Assembly: GCA_963818475.1 (NCBI GenBank)
Contig: CAWFSF010000006.1
Span: forward strand, 480,001-544,000
DNA: 64,000 bases
Reading direction: 5' to 3'
Source of the DNA: Nitrospirota bacterium
GTDB lineage: Bacteria; Nitrospirota; UBA9217
Positions within the stretch are counted from its first letter, which is position 1, and the number at the start of each line of letters is the position of its first letter. Below the pieces are notes generated by a model that did no database searches, was not told the origin of the DNA, and saw only the letters and a list, made by a program, of their open reading frames with translations. The translations under genes and the position numbers were made by a program. Of the stretch, positions 10,063-20,763 are shown piece after piece.

Positions 10063-10124
10063 GATAAAGCCTTATTTTGTTAAATCCGCATCATCCCAAA
10101 AATAAAATAAGAGGTGAAGACGCT

Positions 10125-10583
10125 ATGCTGACCGCAAAAGACATTATGACCAGGGATGTTGTCACTGTCAAACCCGAAACCTCCATCGAAGAACTGGCGT
10201 CCCTGCTGGTCAAGCACCAGATCAGCGGCGTGCCGGTGGTGGACGATAAGGGCGATCTGTACGGAATCGTGACCGAGAACGACCTCATCAGCCAGAATAA
10301 ACGGCTCCACATTCCGACCGTGGTCAGTTTTCTCGACGCAGCCATTTATCTCGAAAGTTCGAAGAAGTTCGAACAGGAAGTGAAGCGCATAACCGCCACC
10401 AAGGCCGGGGATATCTGCGCGCGCAAGGTCCTGACCGTCACCGAAGACACGACGCTCGTGGACATTGCGACGATCATGGACGAGAAAAAGACCCATCTGC
10501 TGCCGGTGGTCAAGAACGGCAAGATGGTCGGCATTGTGGGCAAGCGCGACGTGGTCAAGGCTGTGGCACGGCAGGCCGAGTAA
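10125..10583 (+). CDS. CBS-domain protein
   Basis: Two CBS repeats (ISGVPVVD...GIVT; LPVV...GIVG). Confidence 0.9.
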   Translation: MLTAKDIMTRDVVTVKPETSIEELASLLVKHQISGVPVVDDKGDLYGIVTENDLISQNKRLHIPTVVSFLDAAIYLESSKKFEQEVKRITATKAGDICARKVLTVTEDTTLVDIATIMDEKKTHLLPVVKNGKMVGIVGKRDVVKAVARQAE

Positions 10584-11065
10584 TGTTCAGCGTGATCACG
10601 ACAAGTCCGGAGCAGACCTGGCATATCGGCCAGATGCTCGGAGCGCGGCTTGCCGCGGGCGACACGGTCTGTTTGTACGGCGACCTTGGCGCGGGAAAAA
10701 CGAGCTTTTCCTACGGGATAGCTTTGGGGCTCGAAGTGAAGGAACAGTACATCACGAGCCCTACCTTCACCTTTGTGAACGAGTACGAGGGGCGCGTTCC
10801 CTTCTATCATATCGATCTCTACCGTTTACATGATCCCGGGGAGCTGGAAAGCATCGGGTTCGAGGAATATATCGATTCCGATGGTGTGACGGTAATTGAG
10901 TGGGCGGAACGGGCGGAAAACGAGCTTCCGGCCGAGTGCTTCAGCGTATATCTTACTTCGGTGGATGAGAACAGCCGCGAGATCGGGTTCCTGGTCGAGG
11001 GTGAACGGTACGAGAAGCTGCTGGCGGATTTGCAGGCGGACTTGAAAAAGGACCGGATACTGTAA
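10583..11065 (+). CDS. tsaE: t6A biosynthesis ATPase TsaE
   Basis: GDLGAGKT, SPTF, HIDLYRL, IEWA. Confidence 0.95.
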   Translation: MFSVITTSPEQTWHIGQMLGARLAAGDTVCLYGDLGAGKTSFSYGIALGLEVKEQYITSPTFTFVNEYEGRVPFYHIDLYRLHDPGELESIGFEEYIDSDGVTVIEWAERAENELPAECFSVYLTSVDENSREIGFLVEGERYEKLLADLQADLKKDRIL

Positions 11066-11105
11066 CGGCATCAGGCCTGTCGTCCGGATCGGATAGCGAA
11101 GGACC

Positions 11106-11957
11106 ATGAAAAAAATCGGCATCATCGCAAAGAACATCCCTGAAGCGCAGAAGGCCGCCAAAAAACTGGCCCTCTGGCTTGAGTCGCACGGCAAGAAGGT
11201 CTTCATCGACAACGATACCGCTGCGGCCATCAGGATGGACGGTTACGACCGGGAATCGATCCCCTCGCTCGTTGAAATGCTGATCGTGCTCGGCGGGGAC
11301 GGGACGCTCCTGTCCGCTTCGCGGCTCGTCGCTGACGCGCATCGCGATGTGCCGATCTTCGGCGTCAATCTCGGCAGCCTGGGGTTCATGGCAGAAGTAT
11401 CGCTGGATGAACTGTACGATAACCTCGAAAAGGCCATTGCGGGAAAGCTCGCGACCGAGGACCGGATCATGCTCACGGCGAGCGTGCTCCGCGACGGCAA
11501 GCGCCTGTCCCGGTACCGCGTGCTGAACGATGCGGTGATCAACAAGGGCGCGTTGGCGCGCATGATGGAGCTCAGGGTATCGGTGGATGATGGTCACCTG
11601 ACCACGCTCAGGGCTGACGGGCTGATCATTGCCACGCCTACGGGCTCCACCGCATATTCCCTGTCAGCCGGCGGTCCCATCATACACCCCACGCTTCACT
11701 GTTTTGTCGTGACCCCCATTTGTCCCCATACGCTCTCGAACCGGCCTATTGCCCTACCGGACAATGTCGTGGTCACGGTCTGCCTCACCTCGCAGAGTGA
11801 AGACGTCCTGCTCACACTTGACGGCCAGATCGGGTTCCCGCTGATGCCGAACGACGTGGTTGAGATCAAAAAATCGCGCTTCAAGATGAAGCTGATCAAG
11901 CACCCCACAAAAAGTTATTATGAGATCCTGCGGACGAAACTGAAGTGGGGGAATTAG
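11106..11957 (+). CDS. nadK: NAD kinase
   Basis: GGDGT, GSLGF, TPTGSTAYSLSAGG. Confidence 0.96.
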   Translation: MKKIGIIAKNIPEAQKAAKKLALWLESHGKKVFIDNDTAAAIRMDGYDRESIPSLVEMLIVLGGDGTLLSASRLVADAHRDVPIFGVNLGSLGFMAEVSLDELYDNLEKAIAGKLATEDRIMLTASVLRDGKRLSRYRVLNDAVINKGALARMMELRVSVDDGHLTTLRADGLIIATPTGSTAYSLSAGGPIIHPTLHCFVVTPICPHTLSNRPIALPDNVVVTVCLTSQSEDVLLTLDGQIGFPLMPNDVVEIKKSRFKMKLIKHPTKSYYEILRTKLKWGN

Positions 11958-11962
11958 GAGCA

Positions 11963-11986
11963 GTTCGGAGTTGGGAGTTCGGAGTT
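11963..11986. repeat. Heptamer (GTTCGGA) tandem repeat
   Basis: gttcggagttgggagttcggagtt; same unit at 58584. Confidence 0.65.
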
Positions 11987-12021
11987 ATAAATACAGCAGC
12001 TAAAAGCACGGGGCATCTTCT

Positions 12022-12813
12022 GTGAATGAGATACAGCAGGAACTTCTGGAAATAGTATCACAAGTCCGGACTCATCTTGAGTACCAGAGGGCGCTGGGGG
12101 TAACTGTTGTTGAATCGCCTGCTATGCCTGTATCTGCTGCAACGGTCGCTCCGCAGTCGGTGATAAAACCCATAAAAGCCTCAGAACCCGTGCCGCAGAA
12201 ACCTGAGAAAAAAGAGGCCGTTGTAATAGCACGGTCTCCCCATTCCTTGTCAGGCGCGCTCGCAACGGTTCGCGAAGAACTTGATCAGTGTACCCGGTGC
12301 AAGCTCAGCAAGGGCAGAAATACCATTGTCTTCGGCGAGGGAAGTCCCGAGGCAAGACTTGTCTTTATCGGCGAGGGGCCGGGGCAGGAAGAGGACCAGC
12401 AGGGGAGGCCCTTTGTCGGGGCCGCAGGCCAGCTGCTGACGGACATCATTGTCAAGGGCATGCAGCTGAAACGCGAGGATGTGTACATCTGCAATATCGT
12501 GAAGTGCCGGCCGCCGGGGAACCGGAATCCCGAGCCCGACGAGATCGAGGCCTGCGAACCTTTTCTGATCAAGCAGTTGCAGGCGATAAAACCGCAGTGC
12601 ATTGTCGCGCTCGGCAATGTGGCCGTCAAAACACTGCTCAAGACCAAAGCGGGGATCACCTCGCTGCGCGGCACGTGGCAGGCCTATCAGGGGATCCCGC
12701 TCATGCCTACCTTCCACCCGGCATATTTGCTCAGGACCCCGGGGGATAAAAAGCTTGTCTGGGAAGATATTAAAAAGGTCATGGCCGAGCTGGAAAAGAT
12801 CAGGAAAGGGTAG
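12022..12813 (+). CDS. Family-4 uracil-DNA glycosylase (4Fe-4S)
   Basis: CTRC, GEGPG, PFVG, KCRPP, TFHPAYLLR. Confidence 0.93.
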   Translation: MNEIQQELLEIVSQVRTHLEYQRALGVTVVESPAMPVSAATVAPQSVIKPIKASEPVPQKPEKKEAVVIARSPHSLSGALATVREELDQCTRCKLSKGRNTIVFGEGSPEARLVFIGEGPGQEEDQQGRPFVGAAGQLLTDIIVKGMQLKREDVYICNIVKCRPPGNRNPEPDEIEACEPFLIKQLQAIKPQCIVALGNVAVKTLLKTKAGITSLRGTWQAYQGIPLMPTFHPAYLLRTPGDKKLVWEDIKKVMAELEKIRKG

Positions 12814-12814
12814 A

Positions 12815-12885
12815 GGCAGGGGCCAGGGTTCAGGGTTCAGTATCACTTCCCCTGCCTCTGAGTTCTGACTTCTGGCTACTGAATT
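12815..12885. repeat. Degenerate heptamer element
   Basis: cagggttcagggttcag ... ctgagttctgacttctggctactga. Confidence 0.55.
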
Positions 12886-12886
12886 T

Positions 12887-13381
12887 ATGGACAGACTTTG
12901 GACTCCTTGGCGCATGAGGTACATCTTGAACAGCGTTAAAAAACAAACCGGATGCATCTTGTGCGAAGAGGCAAAAAAGAACGATGACCGCAAGAATTAC
13001 ATCCTCTACCGCGGCACGCATTCTTTCGTGATCATGAACCTCTACCCTTATAACAACGGCCATCTTCTCATTGTGCCCAATACCCATGAGTCCGATATCG
13101 ACAAGCTTCCGGCGGACGAACTTGCCGACCTTATGAAGGTGACGCAGGCATCGGTTACTATTCTCAAGCAGGCCATGAAACCCGAAGGGTTCAACATCGG
13201 GATCAACATCGGGAAAACAGCCGGAGCGGGCATTCCCGAACATCTGCATATCCAGATCGTGCCGCGCTGGGCCGGCGATACGAGCTACCTCACGGTGTTT
13301 GATGAGACTCGTGTCATGCCGCAACTGCTTGAGGGGACCTATGCGCAGTTGCGGCCGTATTTTGAAAGGCTCAGCCTCTAG
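12887..13381 (+). CDS. HIT-domain protein (Ap4A hydrolase/phosphorylase-like)
   Basis: LWTPWR, CILC, NLYPYNNGH, HLHIQIVPRW. Confidence 0.9.
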   Translation: MDRLWTPWRMRYILNSVKKQTGCILCEEAKKNDDRKNYILYRGTHSFVIMNLYPYNNGHLLIVPNTHESDIDKLPADELADLMKVTQASVTILKQAMKPEGFNIGINIGKTAGAGIPEHLHIQIVPRWAGDTSYLTVFDETRVMPQLLEGTYAQLRPYFERLSL

Positions 13382-13399
13382 GCTCCCGCACTTCAAACC

Positions 13400-16077
13400 A
13401 TGACCGATCTGACCCCCTTAATGAAACAATACCGCGAGATCAAGCGCCAGCATCTGGACGCGATCCTGCTGTTCCGCATGGGCGATTTCTATGAGATGTT
13501 CGACCAGGACGCGGTGACCGCTTCCAAGGTCCTGGAGATCACGCTGACGGCGCGGAACAAGTCCAAAGGCATCGAGACGCCGCTCTGCGGATTTCCCTAT
13601 CACGCGGTGGACGGGTATATCGCAAAGCTTATCCGCCGCGGCTTCAAGGTCGCGGTATGCGAGCAGGTGGAGGACCCGAAGCTCGCCAAGGGGATCGTGA
13701 AGCGCGAAGTGATCAGGGTCGTGACGCCCGGAACGGTGCTTGACTCCAACCTGCTCGATGCCAAGGACAATAATTATCTCGCCTCCCTCTATCCCGCGAA
13801 GAACGGGTTCGGCCTTTCGTTCCTCGATATCTCGACCGGTGATTTTTCCGTCGCCGAAATAGACGGAGCCGAGAATCTTGCGGAGCTGGATACCATGCTT
13901 GCCCGGTTCACCCCCCGCGAGATCGTGCTGCCGCGGGCTTACCAGCCCGACTCCGGGGCTTTCAGGCCTGCTCCGCCAGTATACGCAGGCGATCAACGGC
14001 TACGATGACTGGACCTTTGACTACGAGACCGCGTACCGTGCGCTTTTGGACCACTTCAAGGTCGCCTCGCTCGAAGGATTCGGCTGCAGCGGTATGAAGG
14101 CCGGCATCTGTGCGGCCGGCGCCGCGCTCCGCTATATCGAAGAAACGCAGAAGACCGGCCTGGCGAACATCCGCAGGATGAAACCCTTCAGGACCAAAGA
14201 ACATATGGTCATCGATGCGTCCTGCCAGCGGAACCTGGAGCTGGTCAGAAATATCTACGACGGTTCCGCCCGGGGAACGCTCCTTTCCGTGCTCGACCTC
14301 ACGGTCACGTCCATGGGCGGCAGAAAACTGCGCGAATGGCTCCTGAACCCGCTCATGGATGCGGGAGAGATCGAACGGCGCCTCGACGCCGTGGCGGAGT
14401 TCAAGAACGACCATCAATTCCGCTCGGACCTGAGGACCGCTCTTGGCACGGTCTACGATCTGGAGCGTCTGATCAGCCGTGTTTCGCTTGGCGCTGCGAA
14501 CGCCCGCGATCTGCTTGCGCTGAAACAGTCATTTACCTCGCTGCCGGAAATCCATAAGCTCCTGGCACGATGCAATTCCCGCCTGATCTATGATATGGCC
14601 GAAGACTGGGACGACCTGGATGAAGTCCGCCAGGTGATCGAAAGCGCCATCCACGATGACCCTCCCTATACTCTGCGCGAAGGCAGGCTGATCAAAAAAG
14701 GCCACAGCAAGGAGCTTGACGAACTTCGCTCCATCAGCTCGGAAGGCAAGGGCTGGATCGCCGGCATCGAACTGCGCGAACGGGAGCGCACCGGCATCAG
14801 CTCGCTCAAGGTGAGCTACAACCGGGTCTTCGGGTATTACATCGAAGTGACCAGGACCAACCTCGCGAACGTGCCGCAGGATTTTATCCGCAAACAGACG
14901 CTGGCGAACGCGGAACGGTTCATCACGCCCGAGCTCAAGGAATACGAGGAAAAGGTGCTCGGCGCCGAGGAAAAGATCCTCGACCTGGAGTACCGCCTGT
15001 TCCAGCAGGTGCGGGAAGCGGTGGCTGCTTCGACCGTCAGGATCCAGGACATGGCGCGGCGGCTCGCGATCCTGGACTGCCTTGTTTCGCTTGCTGAAAC
15101 AGCGGCAAAGAACAATTATGCGCGACCGTCGATCATCGACGGCGATATCCTGAAGATCACCGAAGGCAGGCACCCGGTGGTCGAGCTGCTCACGCCGGAA
15201 GAGCGGTTCATCCCGAACGACACACTCCTGGACTGCGAAGAGAACCAGCTCGTCGATCCTTACCGGTCCGAACATGGCAGGCAAATCCACCTACATGCGG
15301 CAGGTGGCGGTGATCACGCTCATGGCCCAGATGGGCAGTTTCGTGCCCGCCCGGGAAGCGCAGATCGGCATCGCGGACCGGGTCTTTACGCGCGTCGGGG
15401 CTTCGGACTTCATCACCCGCGGCCAGAGCACCTTCATGGTCGAGATGAACGAGACCGCCAATATCCTGAACAATGCCACGGATAGAAGCCTCATTATTCT
15501 CGACGAGATCGGTCGAGGAACGAGCACCTTTGACGGCATCAGCATCGCCTGGGCAGTGGCCGAGCATATTCATACGAAGATACGGGCTCGGACGCTCTTT
15601 GCCACGCATTACCATGAACTGACCGAATTGGCGCTCACCATGGACCGGGTGAAGAACTATACGGTCGCCATCAAGGAATGGAACGACCAGATCATCTTTC
15701 TGCGCAAAGTGGTCGAGGGCGGGGCTGACAAATCCTACGGCATCCAGGTCGCCCGGCTTGCCGGTCTTCCGCAGGCCGTGATCCAGCGCGCCAAGGAAGT
15801 GCTGGCCAACCTGGAAAAGGCAGAGTTCAATGAACTCGGCGAGCCGGTTGTGGCATCGCACGATAATGCAGGATACGGAGCTGGTCCTAAGAATGCCGGG
15901 CGGGTTTCGAAAAAAGGAATTTCCTCTCAAGGACCGGAGCCGCAACTGGGGCTGTTCGCCAGTGAGGCGGGGCTGCTTTTTAAAGAGATCGCCGATCTGA
16001 ACCTCGACAGCATGACCCCGCTGGATGCCATGAACAAACTGCATGAGCTCAAGAAAAAAGTGGACGGTGGGGCTTGA
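13400..16077 (+). CDS. mutS: DNA mismatch repair protein MutS (two apparent frameshifts, ~13950 and ~15256)
   Basis: [33 protein letters not shown] spread over three consecutive frames. Confidence 0.95.
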
Positions 16078-16139
16078 TGCCGGGTGGAATGAACACTCAG
16101 CCGGCCATGCCCTGGTCCCTGCCTGCGGCGCAATTCTTG

Positions 16140-16169
16140 TTGACACCCTGCCCTGCTTTCTGGTAGTAT
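16140..16169 (+). promoter_or_regulatory. sigma70-like promoter for rplI-dnaB
   Basis: TTGACA-N18-TAGTAT with extended TG. Confidence 0.55.
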
Positions 16170-16208
16170 CGTGCCACCATTTAACCGTTCGAAAGGAGTT
16201 GTATCTCA

Positions 16209-16655
16209 ATGCAGGTAATTTTAAGGGAAGATATTGATAAATTAGGAAAGATCGGCGATCTCGTTAAGGTGGCTGACGGTTATGCCAGGAACTTCCTGGT
16301 GCCCGGGAAAAAGGCCATTGAAGCAACACCTAAGAACCTCAATGCCATGAACCATGCGAAGAAGATGGTTTCCGACCGTCTTCGGAAGCTGAAAAAGGAA
16401 GCAGCAGCGGATGCCGACCGGATCAAGAGCCTCTCGATAACGATCAAGGCGAAGGTCGGAGAGGAAGGCAAGCTCTTCGGGTCCGTTACCTCCATGGACA
16501 TTGTTGAGGCCATGAAGGCCCAGGGCGTCGTGATCGACAAGCGGAAGCTCGTGCTCGATGAGCCGATCAAGCGGCTGGGCGACTTTACGATCACCGTCAA
16601 ATTGCACTCCGACGTCACTGCTGATTTCAAAGTGTCGGTCATTGGAGAAGAGTAA
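16209..16655 (+). CDS. rplI: 50S ribosomal protein L9
   Basis: GYARNFL, GKLFGSVT. Confidence 0.97.
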   Translation: MQVILREDIDKLGKIGDLVKVADGYARNFLVPGKKAIEATPKNLNAMNHAKKMVSDRLRKLKKEAAADADRIKSLSITIKAKVGEEGKLFGSVTSMDIVEAMKAQGVVIDKRKLVLDEPIKRLGDFTITVKLHSDVTADFKVSVIGEE

Positions 16656-16770
16656 TACTCCAGCTTCCTCTGATCTCTGATCGATGTCCTAGAAGCACAT
16701 TATCGAAGGCTGGTGCATGCACCAGCCTTCGTTATTTCTCTTTCTTTGCTCCGCTCGTTGAGGTCGACCC

Positions 16771-18160
16771 ATGTCCATCCAGACCGAAGTATCCCTGCAG
16801 AAGCTCCCTCCTCAGAACGTAGATGCCGAGCAGATGGTCCTGGGTGCCATCCTGATCGAGAACGACTCGATCAACAAGGTGGTCGATCTTCTCTCCCCTG
16901 ACGATTTCTACAAGGATTCCCACCGCAGGATATTCCAGATCATGCTCGACATGCACGTGGCCCGCGAGGCCATCGATCTGGTCACGCTCAGCGACCATCT
17001 GCGCGGAAAAACGACGATGGAAGGGGTCGGCGGCGCATCATACCTGGCAACGCTGGTCAGCCTCGTCCCCACGGCGGCGAACATCAAGTACCATGCCCGG
17101 ATCGTGCGGGAGAAATCGGTCCTCCGCAAGCTGATCCATACGTCCACGGACATCATTACACAATGCTACGATGATTCCCGGACCGTGGACAGTATCGATG
17201 AGCTGCTGAATACTGCCGAGCGGTCCATCTTCGATATTGCTCAGAAACAGATCGGCAAACCGTTTTTCTCGTTGAAGGAGATCGTCGGCCACAGCATCAA
17301 GATGGTCGAAAAGCTTTACGACCAGAAGGAAATGGTCACGGGAATCCCGACCGGTTTTGTGGACCTGGACAACATGATGTCGGGACTCCAGCCAAGCGAT
17401 CTTATCATCATCGCCGGCCGCCCTTCCATGGGAAAGACCGCGTTCTGTCTGAACATCGCCGCCCATGCGGCGATCGAAAAAGGAAAGACCGTCGCGTTCT
17501 TCAGCCTGGAAATGTCCAAGGGGCAGCTGGTGCTGAGAATGCTGGGTTCCGAAGCAAGGGTGGACGCGCATAAGCTCCGGACCGGCCATTTGTCCGACCG
17601 CGACTGGACGCCGCTGTCCAATGCGGCCGGCAGGCTGCACGAAGCGCCGATGTATATCGATGATTCGGCGGCAATCTCGGTGCTCGAGATGCAGGCAAAA
17701 GCGCGGCGGCTGAAGCTCGAACACGGCCTCGACCTGATCATTGTCGACTATCTGCAGCTCATGCGGGGACGGGGGAGCGAATCGAGCAGGGAACAGGAAA
17801 TATCGAATATCTCCCGTTCGCTCAAAATGCTTGCAAAGGACCTGGAGATTCCGGTCATTGCGCTGTCGCAGCTCAACCGGGCAGTGGAGACCCGGCCCGG
17901 CAAGGAAAAAAGGCCCATGCTCGCCGATCTTCGCGAATCCGGCGCCATCGAGCAGGACGCCGATGTGATCCTCTTCATATACCGGGACGAGGTCTATAAT
18001 AAATGCGAATGCCCTCCTGACGGTGAGTGTTTGTGCGGCAGGAGGGGCGTCGCCGAGATCATCATCGGGAAGCAAAGGAACGGTCCCGGTGGGCAAGGTG
18101 GATCTCACGTATATCAACAGGTTCACGCGGTTCGAAAACGCGGAAAAAAGATCTTTTTAG
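16771..18160 (+). CDS. dnaB: Replicative helicase DnaB (apparent +1 frameshift ~18087; true end ...RFENAEKRSF*)
   Basis: GRPSMGKT, VDYLQL, LRESGAIEQDAD, KQRNGP; conserved C-terminus in the shifted frame with stop at 18158-18160. Confidence 0.95.
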
Positions 18161-18171
18161 GGAGGACGACG

Positions 18172-18955
18172 GTGGCAACCGAAAAAGCAACGGTCAGCGA
18201 GAATATTCAGAAATATATCCAGAAAGCCGACTGGAAGTCCGCAATCGCGGAGATGGAGAAGCTCTACGCAATTGATCAGGACCCCATCGTCCGGGTGCGC
18301 ATCGGCGATGCGCGCCAGAAGCTCAATCAGAAGCCGGAAGCCGTGAAGGAGTACATTCGCGCCGCGGACCTCTATGCTGAACGAGGTTTCGTGGTCAAGG
18401 CCCTGGCGCAGTACAAACTGGCGCTCCGGCTCGACCCGGCAAGCAAACCAGGCCCAGGAAAAGATGGAGGCCCTCCATTCGCACACCACCGTTGCCGAGA
18501 ACAAGATCGAGCCGCTGGAGTTCGGCACGCTCGAACCTGCCAGCAGCGTGATCCCCCTCTTTGCCGACCTTACTCAGGAAGAGTTCAACGACTTTATCAA
18601 GAGAATGGTCGTGCATACCTATCCGGCGGGCAAGACCATCATCCGCGAGGGAGATTCAGGCAGCTCTGTCTATGTCGCAACCCGCGGCACCGTCGGCGTC
18701 TCTACGATGCTTCAGGGGAAGAAAGTCCAGCTTGCCGTGCTGCAGCCCAGCGACTTTTTCGGAGAGATCGCCTTTCTCACGGGCAAGCCGAGGACGGCAA
18801 CCGTCGAAGCGCTCGAAGAGACCGAACTGCTGGAAGTGCCCGAAGATGAACTGCTGGACCTGATCTCCAAACGGCCGCGCATCAAGCAGGTGCTTCAGAA
18901 GTACCACGAGGAGCGGGTCAAAAACACGCTGGAGAAGGTCAAAGAAGTGATCTAG
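18172..18955 (+). CDS. TPR-like + cyclic-nucleotide-binding protein, one module (apparent frameshift ~18449)
   Basis: GGAGG then GTG 18172; helical repeat N-terminus; FFGEIAFLTGKPRTATV cassette; paralogous to the next gene. Confidence 0.85.
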
Positions 18956-19021
18956 CCCCGTTGCGCGGGTTTCGGGGAGGCCAGAGCAGCACAACCGATT
19001 TGCGAAAACGGAGGCACAGGG

Positions 19022-20731
19022 ATGTCGACCGATAAAGCACAGCTCATCGACGCGATCCAGAACTATCTCGGCAAGTCCAACTGGAAGGCCGCTGTTGCCG
19101 AGATGGAGAAACTGTTTGCCATCGATCCTGATCCCATGATCCGTGTCCGCATGGGAGACGCCTACCAGAAATTGAATCAGAAGGCCGAAGCAGTGAAGGA
19201 ATATGTCCAGGCCGCCGACCTCTTTGCCGCCAAGGGCGTTATCGTCAGGGCGCTTGCCCTGTATAAACTGGCCCTCCGGCTTGATCCGCAGAGCAAACCT
19301 GCCAATGAAAAAATGGCCTCGCTCCACTCGAACACGGCCATGACCGAAAAAAGACCCGAACCGGTTGAAGAAGGCGCCTCGAAACCAGCCCGCAGTGTCA
19401 TCCCGTTGTTCGCAGGACTTACGCAGGAAGAATTCGACGATTTTACGAAAATGATGGCGGTGCACATCCTGCAGCCGGGCCAGCCCATCGTGAAGCAGGG
19501 GGATACCGGCCAGTCGGTGTACGTTATCGCGAACGGCTCGGTCAAGGTCTGGACGCTCGTCCCCTCAGGAGAGCGGCTGGACCTCGCGGTTCTCCGCGCC
19601 AACGAGTTCTTCGGCGAAATGTCCTTCCTTACCGGCAAACCCCGGACTGCAACGGTCGAGACAGCCGAAGATGCCGTGATCCTGGAAGTGACCGAGGACA
19701 AACTGCGTGATCTGGTTACGCGCAGGCCGCGCGTGCTGCAGGTGCTGGAGCAGTATTCCGCGACCCGTGAAAAAGGAACGAGCGCGAAGATACAATCCAC
19801 CCAAAAAGCACCTGCAACGGCGGAAAAGGTCGCGCAGCCGGAAGCCCCAGCGATGAAGGCTGCGCCCCCTGCAGCGCCGCAGCAGAAGCCCCAGGAAGCC
19901 GCTCCGGAGAAGGCCCCGTCCCCGAAGGCGCCGTCTGCGCCGGAAAAAGCCAGGCTGCTGGACAGTATCCAGAAACTCATCGGCAAGGCTGACTGGAAAT
20001 CCGTCATCGCCGAGATGGAAAAATTTTTTCTTATCGAGCCCGATCCGATCGTCCGCGTTCGCATCGGCGACGCCTATCAAAAACTGAACAACAAGGCCGA
20101 GGCCGTGAAAGAGTACCTGCGAGCCGCCGATCTGTATGCAGAAAAAGGCGGAGTCGTCAAAGCGCTTGCACAATACAAACTGGCATTGCGGCTCGACCCG
20201 GTCAACAAGCAGGCCCATGACCGGATCGAAGCGCTGCACTCGAACAAAGCGGTCAAGGATATCAAGGCCGGACCGGCGCAGCAGGGCGATGGGAAAGCGC
20301 AAAAACCGGCCAGCAGCGTTATTCCGCTCTTTGCCGGCTTTTCCCAGGAAGAGTTTAATGCCTTCACCAAGGTGATGAATGTTCACCCGCTCCCTGCCGG
20401 GTTGCCCATCGTGGAGCAGAACGATAAGGGTAAGTCGGTGTATATCATAGCGAGCGGGTCGGTGAAGATCTTTACCACACTGTTGTCCGGAGAGCGGGTT
20501 GATCTCGCTACGCTCGGGTCCGGAGATTTCTTCGGAGAAATATCGTTTCTGACCGGCAAGCCCCGAACCGCCACGGTCGAAACAGCCGAAGATTCCGTTA
20601 TCCTGGAAGTGACCGAAAGCAAACTGCAGGAGATCACGGCCCAGAACCCTCATATGATGGATGTGCTCCGGCAGTATTCGGACATGCGCTCAAAGGGCAC
20701 TGTGGCAAAGATCCTCGAATCCGAGAAATAG
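19022..20731 (+). CDS. Protein with two tandem TPR-like + cNMP-binding modules and a Pro/Ala linker
   Basis: Internal duplication; FFGEMSFLTGKPRTATV and FFGEISFLTGKPRTATV. Confidence 0.9.
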   Translation: MSTDKAQLIDAIQNYLGKSNWKAAVAEMEKLFAIDPDPMIRVRMGDAYQKLNQKAEAVKEYVQAADLFAAKGVIVRALALYKLALRLDPQSKPANEKMASLHSNTAMTEKRPEPVEEGASKPARSVIPLFAGLTQEEFDDFTKMMAVHILQPGQPIVKQGDTGQSVYVIANGSVKVWTLVPSGERLDLAVLRANEFFGEMSFLTGKPRTATVETAEDAVILEVTEDKLRDLVTRRPRVLQVLEQYSATREKGTSAKIQSTQKAPATAEKVAQPEAPAMKAAPPAAPQQKPQEAAPEKAPSPKAPSAPEKARLLDSIQKLIGKADWKSVIAEMEKFFLIEPDPIVRVRIGDAYQKLNNKAEAVKEYLRAADLYAEKGGVVKALAQYKLALRLDPVNKQAHDRIEALHSNKAVKDIKAGPAQQGDGKAQKPASSVIPLFAGFSQEEFNAFTKVMNVHPLPAGLPIVEQNDKGKSVYIIASGSVKIFTTLLSGERVDLATLGSGDFFGEISFLTGKPRTATVETAEDSVILEVTESKLQEITAQNPHMMDVLRQYSDMRSKGTVAKILESEK

Positions 20732-20763
20732 ACCGCCAGCGTACGCTGACCCGGAGGTGCCCC

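Noticed and set aside
13400-16077. mutS as a pseudogene or programmed frameshift
   Set aside because: All domains are intact, there is no slippery site, and similar indels hit essential dnaB
16771-18849. Apparent 692-aa DnaB-TPR fusion in the ORF track
   Set aside because: One extra base near 18087 explains it; the normal DnaB C-terminus, stop, SD and GTG start are present in the shifted frame
18172-20731. cNMP proteins as Pycsar/CBASS defence effectors
   Set aside because: No cyclase, TIR, nuclease or TM effector domain; housekeeping context
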